A stretch of DNA of 64,000 nucleotides from Magallana gigas (GCF_963853765.1 NC_088858.1:6944001-7008000), one strand, 5' to 3'. Numbered from the stretch's first letter, positions 46,658 through 60,707 are shown. Numbers and translations are program-made. The notes: a model not told the origin generated them from the letters alone.

Positions 46658-48424
46658 GCCTATCCAATCTTTTAAACGAATTTAAGTGACATTAATTAAT
46701 AAATAGATAAATAAACTGAACGTCGATATTAAAACGTCAATCAAATTATAAGTACATTATGTTCTGGCTGCTTGGAGAAAATACAACTGAAAACTGCATG
46801 CATGGTCTAGTTCCTTATTCTGCCGAGCTCACGTGGTTAAACATGAGCAAATGACCATGTTGACCCCAAGAATCTACTTCGATATCCGCCATCCTATGAG
46901 ATACGAATCAATAGTGTTCATCGACAAAATCAGAAGTTTTGAAAATGTAGATGTATAAACTCTCAGTTTAGTTTGGATCCTACTTTGTATTTTTATATAA
47001 AAAAAATTCTTCATAACACGCCCTGCTGTTATTTTGTTGTAGCACATCCTATTTTTATTTTTTGTATTATTCATTACAGCAATTCGATTAATTTGGTAAA
47101 TATTTAGCGATAGATTATTCTGTATAAATATATTTACTTTTTTTCAAACAAAACGAATAACCATTAATTAACTGCTTTTCATTCTATAATTGTCATTTTG
47201 ATTGGAATAAAGGGGGCACAATATAGTGCATAGTCTTACATGTAAGTAGTTCACGACTGAACATGGTCACCGATTTGAAGTACCATTATGATATAATTTA
47301 ATTCAGAGGTTACTCGAGCATACCCAGATGATTTGAGGGAATTTCTGGACACAGATAAATGCCTAGCTCATCCGTCGTCTCTACGATTTTGAGGTCTGCT
47401 GAGCGAAGAGTCTGCGGAAGTAAATGGTCGTTCCTTTTATGATTGAGTAAAACAAATCGTCACGGGAAATCTCTTGGAACATTACATTACAATTACCACC
47501 CATGTTATCCGCCAAAACGTTAATGAATATGCATTTTATTTTTGGTCAGATTTTTTATTTACTTCAGACGCGTTTTACGAGTTCCTGCTAAAAATAGTTT
47601 TGTTCAGTGGCAGTAGCCGACTTAGTTTTGAGATTCTTAAAATCTTTAATACGTGATAATAAAGAGATGATTAGTATCTAAATCATTTATAAACAATGGG
47701 TTATCATTTTTCCATTACATATATTTATAAGCATTGGTCAATATGGAATTTGATTTTTAAAAAGTTAACTTATGGTTAGCATATACATGTAGGCATATTT
47801 ACGTGCAACAGAAGAATTTGGTCAATTTATGACAAGGCCGTTAAAATAAATTGCTTTAAAAGTTGTTAGATGTTAAATGCCGGAGTTCGGACCATCGATT
47901 AACTGCCAACCTGCAGATCGAAGGCCATCCTTAAGTGTTTTTGGTCTGTTTAAAACAAAATCTTATAAGATTTCAAAGAAGTCAGAAAGATTATGAAATA
48001 TTACATACTAAGTATGAGGGGTCGACAAAAGTGAAGGTTGTTCTGTGTATGGTTCTGCGTCTAAAAAGTCCAGGATTATAAGAACGCAGTAAAAAATTAT
48101 TAAAGTAACATTGTAACGAAAATTTACAAAATACATATGTATCTGATAATATCAATACATAGGGTCATCGGAAATATGTATTCATCTATTGGTTCATCTT
48201 TTACTAAGATAATCAGCACTTGAAGATTTTAAGACTGTGAGGTCACACCTTAGGACGGACGCACTTTGCCAGGGGTGTTTATGGAATGTCTTCCTCTACC
48301 AGAGCTACACTTTGGGTGATAACTGTGTTTTCTCTCACTTCTTGACCCTTGCTGAGTTTGTTTGATTGCTGGTCATTGACGAGGGGTGACAGAAAAACAG
48401 AAGATTAACCTTACAGAGTTCGTG

Positions 48425-48426
<2 letters not shown>

Positions 48427-48485
<59 letters not shown>
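48427..48485. repeat. (CT)n microsatellite
   Basis: Directly visible. Confidence 0.97.
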
Positions 48486-48488
<3 letters not shown>

Positions 48489-48774
48489 GATTATAAGAGG
48501 ATGTATGTTCACAGAAATATCATATTCCATATCACTAAAACATGAAAGAGTACAATATATCTATGTATAGTTTTGTAAGCAGTCGATACATATGATATAA
48601 AATAATCTTTGTTAACATGAAAACTTTAAGGCGCAAAAAAATATTTCTGTTCATGTGCATGCAATTAGTTTGCGGAAGTTTTCTAGTTTTTTTATGTGGT
48701 ATTTTATAGATTTGGAGGATTTATCGATTTTACTCCTTGTATAATATCACACTTTACCATTACAAAACCCATTC

Positions 48775-48870
48775 CAGTGGTGTCGGAAGCAAAGCAAACT
48801 TAATAGGGCGGGGGGGGGGGGGGGGGGGGGGGGGCTAGACATCAGAATTTCTTGATAAGCAAAGAAAAAA
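48775..48870. mobile_element. Truncated copy of the cagtggcgt MITE family
   Basis: cagtggtgtcggaagcaa, poly-G, ctagacatcagaa: same order as the 40581 copy. Confidence 0.7.
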
Positions 48871-49172
48871 GGGAGGGGGCTTCGTTATGGTTATTTACAA
48901 CTTTAAAATAATATATCAGACCCTTTTGAATCGCTTGCGAATAGTCCGTCTTGGTTTCAATCTAGATACCATTACTGATTGGCGCATGTATTGATACTAG
49001 TACTGATTAACAAATATTAATAAACGAAAAACAAATGTTAAAAAAAGAGAAACAACCCACTTTCTTCCCCAATTTTCAAATTATACACCCAAACAATCTA
49101 ATAGCAGTTTCAAAGTCTGTATCAAAATTAGAAAAAAATTCATTTTTCCAGATCATATGTATTAATAATTAA

Positions 49173-49507
49173 GGGGGAGTAACACATCGTCACAAATAAA
49201 AATGGCTGACCTCTGATCGAAACGACATTTCGTTATATTAAAAGGATTTTATCGACGGCAACGTATACCTTCCTTCATAGCCGGGTGATTAGAGTGTTGG
49301 GCTTGTGATCCGTACATCCTGAGTTCGAATCCATTGGGGGATTGCTGTTACTTACTGAATTGAATTTTTTAGATATTCATTTTTTTTTATCCCAAAACTG
49401 CAAATTGTTCGCTTAGTTGATATCTGAACAGTTTATTTATCATATCTTTCATAATCAAAAAATTTACTGTTTATTCGAGTGACTTTTTCCAGGTGTGTTA
49501 TTCCACC
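49173..49507. mobile_element. TTAA-flanked (Kolobok-like) MITE containing a tRNA-like cassette
   Basis: ttaa|gggggagtaacac ... gtgttattccacc|ttaa. Confidence 0.8.
49271..49340 (+). pseudogene. Degenerate tRNA-like sequence (TGT, Thr-like anticodon)
   Basis: Acceptor stem tccttca/tggggga, A-box-like tagccgggtgattagag, loop ctTGTga, B-box gagttcgaatcc. D and T stems are broken. Confidence 0.55.
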
Positions 49508-50238
49508 TTAATAATGGTCGGCTTCCCCCAAAAGGTGATGCAAAAGTGAAAGTCCCATTCTGGAAATAAAACCCTGATCATTAGCAAATATAGTAGATAA
49601 AGTCATTAATTAAGTGAGTACTATCATTGATTCTTTGGCTAACACTAGTAACAGCTTAAAAAAAATATTGATCGGGGAAAGGATGAATAGGCTAAGTGCA
49701 TTCCGGAACATTCTGGTCCGACCGAATCTATGTTACAGATTGTGGTTGTCGCAAAATATTAATTTCTTATAAATATCTTGTCGCTAAATATTGGATCATA
49801 TTTATTGTTTAGCTTGATTTATTGTTTCAACACAACGATTGATAACTTAAAATATAAAGAGAATTGTTATTTTAGAAAAAAAAATTAACCCGATTGAATT
49901 TTATTACAACCAGAAATGGGATTATCCAAATATTTGTCATTTTAATCATAACACACACCTGGGACTTTTAATAGAAATGTGGGGGTGTGGATGAAGAAAT
50001 AGTAATGTTCAATCACTCATCAATGGTCAGGGTAACAGAAGGTACAGTATAATCACTATCTAATGAATTTGTTCCGTATTTTTAAATTGTACGCAAAATA
50101 TTTTGATTAAATTTTTCTATTCTCTTTATAAGTCTTAGAATAATAAAATTTTACAAAGTACTTTCTCTTTTTAAATATCCGCTCACCCGTTGCTTCAATT
50201 ACCTTAACATTGTCTTTCCAGTATTTTAATTTACTACG

Positions 50239-53200
50239 ATGCCATTTGGTTTGAAATTCAAAAGGACCAGACGTTATGACATTTCTACAAAGAATGTGTT
50301 TGTGGTCGGGGTGGAAATGCTGGACCATTCCTTTTTGGAGTGTACCCTGAACTCTGACAGCACAGGGCAAGAATGCCTGGAGAGCATTGCCCAACGTATA
50401 GAACTCAGTCAGGTATGTACTGCAGCAGACAGATACAACAATGTTCTTTAATGGAGAATTTTCTCTTTGGTATTGCACATCCATGTTTGTTATAGCTGCA
50501 GTTGACACCTACTCATTAGGTCAGGTCAGATCATGTATTTACTGCAATGCTAATGTTGGCATACACATCATACACATGACATACATTTACAAGAACAGAA
50601 GGTTTATATGAACTGTGCTTTTCACCAGTTTATGTCATACACAGTACAGACATTGGTTTGAGCATCTGAGAAGAATATTGATGCATTTACTTTTGACAAA
50701 ACCAACTGGCTAATTAGTTTAATCAACCAGACTGGTTGTAACATGGCTTTTATACATGTTCTACTTGCAAAGGCTTTGCAAAATTTAAAGTGTAGTCCTG
50801 TAACAATGAAAGTACAACTTTAAAAAGAAAACCATTTATAAGTCAAAAATAAATTGTGCTGGATACCTATTGCGAGATCTCAAGATGAATGCTGCGAATT
50901 CTTTACATGTTTTAGGTTATTACAATGAATTATTTAGTTTAAGTAATTTAAAGTTTGCATTTCTTTGTAATTCAGACCCAGTACTTTGGCTTAAGATATG
51001 TAACAAAAAAGATGCAGTATCACTGGATTGATCTAACAAAGCCACTGAAGAAACAGATAGAGAAGAATCTACAACCGGGGCACTCTCCCAGGCTCTACTT
51101 TGGGGTCATGTTCTATATCCCAGGGGCACACAAGATCATTGATGATGTTGCCAGGTAAGTAACCCATCATGTTGTTCCACTCACACAGTTTTGTATTTAT
51201 TAATGATAAAATATTAATGATAGAGAGTAAACTTTTGTCTTGATTGCTCAACTCAGATTTATCCTGTTCAAAAGGTTAGTTTTTATTATCATTTATGTAC
51301 AGTCATGAGTGTTTACCAATTAACATTCTGAAATCATAAAAAATTCTTTTGCAGAATTAAAAAATTCAATAGCAGTCTCAGGATTATATATATCTACTTG
51401 GTCAAAGTTTAATATTTTGAGAATACTGGCAAAGTATCAGTTTTAAGTGCATTTGTGCATTACTTAACCTGGTAAGTAACTTTATGTAGAAATTATGCAT
51501 GAAATGTACTGAGCTATGCTCTTTGTTGTAGATATCAGTACTTTCTACAGCTGAAGACAGATATTGTGGAGGGAAGGGTTCCTGTTGGTAGTGAACAGGT
51601 TATACGTCTCGGTGCTTTTAGTTTACAAGGTAATTGTTGAACTCGTTAATGATAATGAAATCAAAGAATAAAAAATGCTTGAAGTTACCTACCTATATTT
51701 AGTGTAGCAATTGCAATTAGTGTCTTAGTATTTTCATTTTGCAAAATAAGGAATATATCTGTTGTAGCTGAATTTGGGGATTATGAATATGACAAACAAC
51801 ACCAAGAATACTTTGAAGATAATGATTTATTTCCAAAGGTAAGTGAAATTCTAAATGCTGTGTTTCTGGCATAAACCCTATTTAATTTCAATGTTTTCAA
51901 TGGGTTTTGTGAAATCATTTATCTATGTTTACCATTGAAATAAATTACTAGATGAACAATACCTAGTGAAATCTCTTTGAAGTTTGACTGCTAATCCAAA
52001 ATTCAGGGATAGAATTGTATATGTTGTGTTGGTTGGAATGTTACGCCTGATTACTTGGTTAATACATTACATGTGTACATAACAGACAATGTGCCGAGAT
52101 GAGGGAGCTGTGGGAGAGATGATGCAAGAGGTCCTGAACTCTTACAGCAATCTGCAGGGGATCCACCCGGTCAAGGCCGAGATGCAGTACATCAAGGAAA
52201 TCCAGATGATGGACGGCTACGGCATGGAGTACTACACAGCAAAGGTAAAACTAGTCGTAACAATGCAAACAGCAAATAAAACCCTTACACAGCAAAGGTA
52301 AAACAAGTCGTAACGATGCAAACAGCTGATAAAACCCTATTGACTTATAGTATTTGACACAGATTTGTCGGTTAAGGCATTTCTGTGGAATGCAACCCTA
52401 CATTGTTAAGTGAATCAAAGGAATGATTTTTGTGGGTCACAATATACTACATTGTAAATTTATTTTTCTTTTGTTCAAGCTTCAATTTTCTTTAATGTGA
52501 ATTGAGCATGAAATTATTGTTATTCCTAACTGCAATAATGATAAATATACACGTTATAAGGGTCCTAAACATACGTTTTACATTGAACAAATTAAAGAAA
52601 TTAATATTAAAAATTTGTATTTCCCAGTATTTCCCAGTTAGAGAAAATCAGTAGTATTTACCGGGATGGGAAATACCGGTATTTACCACGGGTAATTCCC
52701 AGCACTGGTATTTCCCGGACAACCCTGTATAAGGCCCTGTAAAAAGTTGTCATATTTTTAGGATCAAAGTGGTAAAGAGCTCTACCTGGGAACCTCTTAT
52801 ACAGGTATACTGGCCAGGTATCTTGATGGCACACCTACAATATGTTTCAGGTAAGTTCAAAATGCAATTTTACAGCAGTTGGAACTCTGATAGTCTGATT
52901 GTTATGAAAAAGAAATAAAAAACATATGAATGATATTACATATTGTATGTTCGATTTTAGGTGGGCAGAAATTGCCAGATTAACACAGAGCAAGAAAGTT
53001 TTGGAGATTGACACATCCAAGAGTTCTTGCCACTACACAATGGTAAGACTGTAGATAAAATAGCACATAGCTGGTAGATGTTGCATTTTATAATCTATGT
53101 ATATGTACATTAAGATTCGCATGTATTTAAAACCAAAAAGTACAGTTAAACATATTAACATTGAACAAGCTAATGAATGCTTTTGCCTCAATAGGAAGAC

Positions 53201-56200
53201 TCAGATACTGCAAAATATCTGAAGAGGATGGGCTACCTGATTCAGAAGTTTCACAAAAACAACAAAATGACTCCAAGGTAGGTCCACTTTGAGCTATGAT
53301 ATTGTTTTTTACAATAAAAATCGTAAGATATAAGTTTGCTCTCATTTGCTTTTCATGTCCTCCATTTAATGTTAAATTAATATCGTAAGAGTAAGAGTAC
53401 TGATTTTTCGAGGTATAAATACTTTCGATTCTATTTTTGAAACATGTGACAATCAGGGAATTAATTGAAGCTGCTTATACTGGATTATCTTTTATCTATC
53501 AATGTGGAAGATGACACCAGATGTTTGATATACCACATGCATGATTAAAATTACAAGCATTTCTTTTTTTCCTTTTATTGCTTGTTGGCATTTGATTTTG
53601 TGCCTGTAATTAAGTTCACATTGCATCCAATCAAATGATTTAAATAAACTGTGCACTGGCTGGTCTCGGCATGTTCTATAAATAGAATGATGCATGCCCC
53701 TCTGTTACAGTTCCAGTATCGTTGACCTCTCCGAATTCGCAGCGGACGGGGGACAGTAAGCTATGCTTCACTGCATGTTACTATTCTTAGCTTGTTTCCC
53801 TTGACAACAAGCACATCACTGTGGTGATGTACTTTGGTATCTGCATACACATACATTGTACATTGTATTAATCACTCATATCAGCCATGGGTAAAGATCA
53901 TATTAATACACACTAGCTTAGATTAACCTGGTTGAAAGATAGGTATATATTTATAATTGTATACTCTTACTAGTATAACCATTTTGTTTCTGGGGTACAG
54001 TAATTATGTATATTAATATACTTATATTTATCTGACTATTTCACTCTCTGCTAGGATTTATACTTTATTTCTGTACAATTAATTTTAATGCTGTTTAATA
54101 AAAAAAAAATAACATTAAATAATTGACTTGTAGCATCATAAATATAGATATACATCTTCTGGATCTAATTTGTGTATACAAAAGCATGTTTAACTTTTTT
54201 ATATCAATTGTTACAAAATCAACTTCTTAATACCCAGAACATGTATCTGCTTGATGAAGAGTATGATTTATGCATCCTATTTCCTAATATTTACATAATC
54301 ATTGCTATCAAATTGATGTGCATACAACTTCATTTACTTGCATGAAAATGTTTAATTATCTGTGATACGTACTTGTGCATGTTTAGTCACAGTGTGACCT
54401 AGCAATAAAACTTCTCTGTCTTATTTAGGGACGATATCCAGACGTCACAGCAAGTGTTTTCGGACCCACTGGTAAGTTTGCTCTTATTAAATAGTTTAAA
54501 TTCCTTATTTTACGCGAGTACTTAATTCCTGCAATGCTGCTGTTTTGTATCAAATCGTGAGAATATGAAATCTTGAGCACCAACTTTTTGTATTCATTTT
54601 TTATAGTTCAAAACTGTCTGAAAAATAAAAGTGAGATTTTAAAATCTGCAAGAGGTGCTTCTCGCAATTTTATGCGGGTATTAATTCCTCACATTTAATG
54701 AGAAATCTACATTGTATGTCATAAGTTTGAGATCTTTGCATGTCTGTGGAGCTAAAAGATATGTTAAGGTACCAGTATTCTGACATTGCCTGTATTCATT
54801 TGTTTCAGACCCAGTCGCAGACTTCTCTCACTTACTCCCAGCATTCCACACATTCCCAAATGTCACATGATCAAAGATTTGATCGAGGTAAACTTCACAA
54901 CAGCAATGTATATTATAATTATAATAGCATTCTTTTAACTTTTCTATTCTCTTACTTTCATATACATGTACATGTAGATGAAGAGGTACGAAATTGTGAT
55001 ATGTGAATTTAAAAGTGTTTGACTTGCTAAAAGATGGAATTTTTTTTTTAACAGATTTATCACAGTCTTCCATTGAGGATTTCTATCGCCAATCCCAGCA
55101 GAGTCTGGAGACCACTCACAGTGATATCATCCATTATAATGGAGGTCACATGATTACTGACAGCCCTGTGATTGGTCAGCACACGTCCATGCAGAGGAGC
55201 GAGTCTCAGAAGTCCCCGCTACTGCCAGCGTATCGCCCCAGTCCAAGCTATGATGAAGTGATGCGGCGTAGAATGAGTCAGCAGTCACCTGCTGTACACA
55301 GCTCTCCTATACTCCAGTCTCATCACCACCCCACCACCCTCCCAGACCACAAACTCTACCCCCAGACCTCTCCCAGGCTCATACAGGATGCAATGTTGTT
55401 ACAGCAGCCTGCACCTAATATCATGTTCAACCCTGATGTTACTTTTACAAATGGAAATGCCTATATGAATAGTGAACTTATGTCTTCCTATAGCAACAAC
55501 ACAATGTATGCTAACAGAGCAGCTTTCTCTACAGATCTGGCTAATAGAGGCAGTAACTTAGTCATGCAGCCTACCTACAGCTCGCCAGAGTTGAATACCC
55601 AGCTTCCCCAGTTCAGTATCAAGGAGGCTGAGCCTGTTCATTACAAACCTCCTCCCCCATATCCGCGGTCTAGCACCAGCACTCCAGATCTTGCCAACCA
55701 AACTGTGAGGAGTACTGTGGGGGAAAGTCCAGATTTAGTGTCACGGAAAAATCTGGGGGCTAAGGCAAGTTTTAATGGAAGTATAGAAAGTGTTCCAAAG
55801 GTTGTGGCAGATCACAGTGAACATAGCACTTACTCTATGAACTCTGAAAGTGTTGTCAAAACTAAAGAAAGTGCAATAAACCAAAGACACACACAGGAGA
55901 CAGTGGAGCAAACATTGGTCTTGCCAGACATATCCAAAGCAAGGTTGAGTCCTGATATTACAGTTCAGCATGCAGAGACAGATGATGCCTCTAGTGATCA
56001 CTCCGGTGCTACCTTTCACATCAAAGACACAGACAGTGAAAAGGAAGATGATAGGAGTCCAAAGCTGGACAGTGTCAAATCAAAAATTGCTATAAAATAT
56101 GTTGCTCCCAATAAAGCACCCCCTCCCTCCACCACCAAAGAGCTGATCACTCGAAGGGAAAGCTTCCGTCGACAGATGATAGCACGGTCAGCTCCAGAAA

Positions 56201-59200
56201 ATCCCATCGGAAAGGAAGAGTCCCAGGATCCAGTAGTGATCCCGGAGCACACAGATGGGGGTAATGTAACGGTACCACCCACCACTAGTCAGTCCACATT
56301 CATCCGTCGCTTTTCCAGCAGGCGTCTGTCCCACAAGAAGCCAGAATTGCCCCCCATCACCCGGCGGGCATCTGACATAGGAGCCAAGTTCACAGGGCTG
56401 GATGTAGTACCTCCAGTCAGTAATTACGTGAGACAAGTCAGTGCAGAGTCTGAGGAACAGGAGAAACCAGTGGAGGATAGTGATTCAGACAACGACAAGG
56501 TAAATACTGAGAGAAAGCAAGTTCAGGGCTTGGTTTAAAATGGGCTGCAAACATGTACATATTCCTAAAGAGAATGAATTGTTGGAAATTCACTTATACT
56601 TCCGGTATGATATTAACGACATTATTTAGAAATCCTTTTCTCCATTAGTTTTATAGATGTAAGCAAGAATTCTGGTTACAATTAAAATTTACTTGGAAAA
56701 AATGCTTTAGAAAATTAAGAATTCACATTCTGAAAAACTTTAGGACACCACAGTAAAACTAAAGATGGGGCCTCTGAAAATGGCAGCTATGAATGGTCTT
56801 ACAATGTCACGGCCAATGGTATTAGCTCTTATGAATGACGAAAGCAGAGCACCAAAGGATGAAAGGGTAGGTGTTATAACTACAATGATTTCTGGCAAGT
56901 TTAAAATAAGTACAATGTTTATCCAACTTACTGGTGAAAGTTTTGCTTGATTCTTGTACATTGGGTTTGGAGTAGGATTAGTCCGTTTTTTACATATTTG
57001 AAAGTACATTGATAAAGAAACTTCATGAGTTTTTCAATAAGACTAAGGTTTATGTTATAAAGTTCCACATAAGACAATTTCTTTTTTTTCAGGAATGTAT
57101 TGAAAATGAATTAAGTGAAGCATTTTGCACAACAGTTTAAAATCATATAATCATTATGTGTTTACAGAGGAAGTTACTAGAAAACAAACTGTCAGAAAAC
57201 TTGGTGTTTAAAGAATTTGAGGAGATTCCAAAGAAGGTACAGTCAGCTGAGTGTAGCGTGGCTCGACTCCCAGAGAATGAGATCAGAAACAGGTTCAAGG
57301 ATGTCCTGCCGTATGACATCACTCGAGTCAAACTGACCCCACGGAAGGACAATCACTCTGGTTATATCAATGGTTCACACATAAAGGTACGCACCACTAA
57401 GTTATTAAAATACATGGGTAATTTTTTTTATTATGGTTCTACACAACTACTGAACATAAATCTGTTACTTTTAATCAAACAAGCTTCTAGTATGTTACTG
57501 AAGTTCAGCTTCTTATATTTTGTAATCGGTTGTACATTGTAAATTTTGTCTGTTTAGTTGTCCTTCGGGGATCGAGTCTGGTGGTACATAGCCACACAAG
57601 CCCCGCTAGAAGATACATCCTCCGACTTCTGGCAGATGATTTGGGAGCAAGAAGTGGATGTTATAGCCATGTTGACAGACCTAGCTGTAAGTCCCTCTAC
57701 TTTATCTAGTAGCATTGTGTATTTTTTATTAATAGACCTAAACATAAGTGTCTATAATTACAGGAAATTTCAATCAAGTTATGGTTGCAACAAATGTAGA
57801 CAATTCCCTTTTATGTTGATTGCACATTAATTACACATATCCAAGGTGAAATTAGTGTGTGTATGTATTAATATGTTTCTCTGTAAAACAATAAACATGT
57901 AAATTCTTCTGTTTGCAATGAACATTTAAGCAAATACTAAATTACTTTATACTCATAGATTTAGTGTAAAAAATGAGGAGGATTTTATTGTTTACACTTT
58001 ACACTGTATTGTGCTTCATCTAGAAGTGACCTTATCACTTTAATTTTACTGACCTTACTTTTATATATACAGGAGCAAGGGAAACAGAAATGTCATACCT
58101 ACTGGCCTCAGGAGATTGGTCCAGAGCACAAAATAGTGTTTGGACAGGTAAATACATAATACATGTACATAACTGACACAAATAGTTCATTAGAAGGGGC
58201 CACAAATCTGATAATTGATTAGAACAGAATGTGTACCAGTTTGTCATGTATATGTAGTTTGTACATATAGTTTTGGGTGGCCCTCCTGTTCTGTAATGAC
58301 TCATTCTGTGACATTACTACATAGTTCTGAACGTTTTGTTTTTGTTTTTAGTTTGAGGTGACCCTCCTGTTCTGTAACGATTCGCTGTGTTACATCACAA
58401 ACAGAATATCCGTGGTACATCTCCCCACCAAGAAGGAGAGACAGGTGTGGCACCTACAGTACACTGACTGGCCAGACCACGGCTGTCCCGAGGACATGTA
58501 CGGCTTCCTAGGTAAATACCTCATATATACCTCACACTCACACATACCTCATACTTCACACATTCAGTACAGGGTATGGACAGCTTGTAATCACATCGTA
58601 CTACATTTATAATTAATTAACTGTAATGGAATGTTATTGATAAGTAAACAGTTATAAGATGGTTGTTAAACCAATAAACAGCTACCAATCAGAATAAATA
58701 TACATGCATGTATGTTGCTATGTAAAAGTTCTGTAAATATTAATGTTTTGCAAAACAATATGTTAAAATAATGTGAAAGTTGAATTATACATGGTACAAT
58801 GTGCCAGTGGATATTCATGTATACCTATATAATGATATGAGGTTGTGTTTAGTTGAAACATGACTGTAATGGATTTGTTTTGGTTGTAGGATTTCTGGAT
58901 GAAGTAGACTCGGTTCAGCGACTGGCTGAGAGTGAGGAGGGCAGTGGTAAGAAGTCCCCCATCGTGGTCCACTGCAGCGCTGGGGTTGGGAGAACGGGTG
59001 TGGTCATCCTTACCCAGGTCATGAAGTGGTGTCTGGAACACAACTTTGTGAGTATTGCAAAACCATTACAGATAGAAGTAACAATTAATTTTATTGAAAT
59101 CATTTACAATTTATTTGCAATGTAATATACAATTCATGAATAAACAGTAGTTCTGGAATTTAATTTTATTTTATGAAGAATTTTCACCGTTTTTTGTACC

Positions 59201-59525
59201 ACAGATGTCTTGAATTTTAAAGCTATTTCCTTAAACAATACATACCAGTAAACAATACATACCAGTCAACAATACATACCAGTCAACAATACATACCAGT
59301 CAACAATACATACCAGTCAACAATACATACCAGTAAACAATACATACCAGTAAACAATCATCAGAATTCGATATAAAGGATTTTTTTGTCATTCAGGACA
59401 TAGATCTTCCGAGGGCCCTGGGTGCCATACGTCAGCAACGAATGTTCATGGTCCAGACGCTAGGCCAGTATAACTTTATCCACAAGACTCTGATCCAGTA
59501 TCTAAAGAATTCCAGACTCATCTGA
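50239..59525 (+). CDS. PTPN14: FERM-domain non-receptor tyrosine phosphatase, PTPN14/PTPN21 (Pez) ortholog, ~1179 aa, 19 coding exons
   Basis: Exons 50239-50412, 50976-51154, 51532-51629, 51768-51838, 52086-52244, 52762-52850, 52961-53042, 53195-53277, 53711-53755, 54429-54471, 54809-54887, 55055-56499, 56744-56866, 57168-57386, 57558-57686, 58073-58147, 58352-58511, 58890-59047 and 59397-59525 (3540 nt, in frame). N-terminus [57 protein letters not shown]-terminus NSRLI*. A single invertebrate gene cannot be assigned to PTPN14 versus PTPN21. Confidence 0.96.
52610..52727. mobile_element. 3' fragment of a hAT-type MITE
   Basis: Repeated tttccc/taccgg motifs ending ...cccggacaaccctg. No clear 5' end. 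Confidence 0.45.
59232..59358. repeat. 17-bp minisatellite, ~7.5 copies, in the last PTP intron
   Basis: (aacaatacataccagt[a/c])n. Confidence 0.95.
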
Positions 59526-60624
59526 GAGGACCTGGACAAACTCACTGAACTCAAAAACTCACAACTCTACATGTGTTCTTCAGAACTTTGGTTCGAGAAG
59601 GGCAGGACTTTTTATTGAGTCATGAAAAACAAGATTGTCTAGGGCAATTTAATTAATTTGAATACAACATTTCATAGCTACAGTTCTAATGAAATTTATC
59701 TCTAGTAGAGACAAACATCATGAAAAATAATTACCGTAGTGCCAGGATGTGAAGTCTTTTGTGATACATCTTTCCATAAGAAAATAAGGTTGTCAACAAA
59801 TACAAGGTTTTCAATTTCTGAAAGATTTATCTTGGTGCCATAAAATAGGTAATAAAATAACCAATTGCTTATTCCTAAGGTTCATTTTCAAAAGGAAATA
59901 CTTATATATTCATTGTTTTACTTTTGCCATTTTATATATGGTTAACATTACTTTTTTAAAGCAGAGCAAACATATTCAGAATGGTTAAGATTTTTTGTAA
60001 TGGTAAGAAGAGAACTACATATTTACATTTATTTACAACAGAGTACTTTTAAAAAAGGACAAATATATGCAAAAATATATTTATATATATATTTAGAATT
60101 AAAGATACAGTATGGGCATATTTTCTTAAGAATGATATGTATACAACTTTGTATTTTTCCTTATAAAGCATGCATATGACTGAATGTACAAAACACATCT
60201 ACAGGTATTTATCTATGAAATGACAAGTATTTTATATGATTGTAATTTCTTTTATTGACGATAATTTTTTTTTGTAATCTACAATCAATCCTGAATCTAA
60301 AATGAATATCCTTTATACAGACGAACTCTTAAAATCTTTGATTTTTACTTTTTCGTGTACTTGTCATTTTTACCTTACTTTGCTCGTAGTTTTATGTCTT
60401 ACCTTTTGTATGAGATTTACTTTCTACAGTGTTTGTTGACCTTTTTGAATCATGGTTGTCACCCCTGGTTGTGTGTTATATTTATGACTTTTTCATGGTA
60501 TCTTTATATAATACATTTAATTTATCAGTATTTATCTGTTGTAAAGTTTAACGAACGCTTATATTCATATCTATGACTATGCAAAATATTTATGTTCAAA
60601 TTACTCAATAATGATATAAATATT

Positions 60625-60631
60625 GAGAGAA

Positions 60632-60702
<71 letters not shown>
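60625..60702. repeat. (GA)n microsatellite in the putative PTP 3' UTR
   Basis: Directly visible. Confidence 0.97.

Positions 60703-60707
<5 letters not shown>

Noticed and set aside
49271-49340. Functional tRNA-Thr gene
   Set aside because: D and T stems do not pair and it lies inside a MITE, so it is listed as a pseudogene.
50107-50508. 133-aa minus-strand ORF
   Set aside because: Antisense shadow of PTP exon 1.
59232-59358. CRISPR-like appearance of short direct repeats
   Set aside because: Head-to-tail 17-mers without spacers in a eukaryotic intron: a minisatellite.
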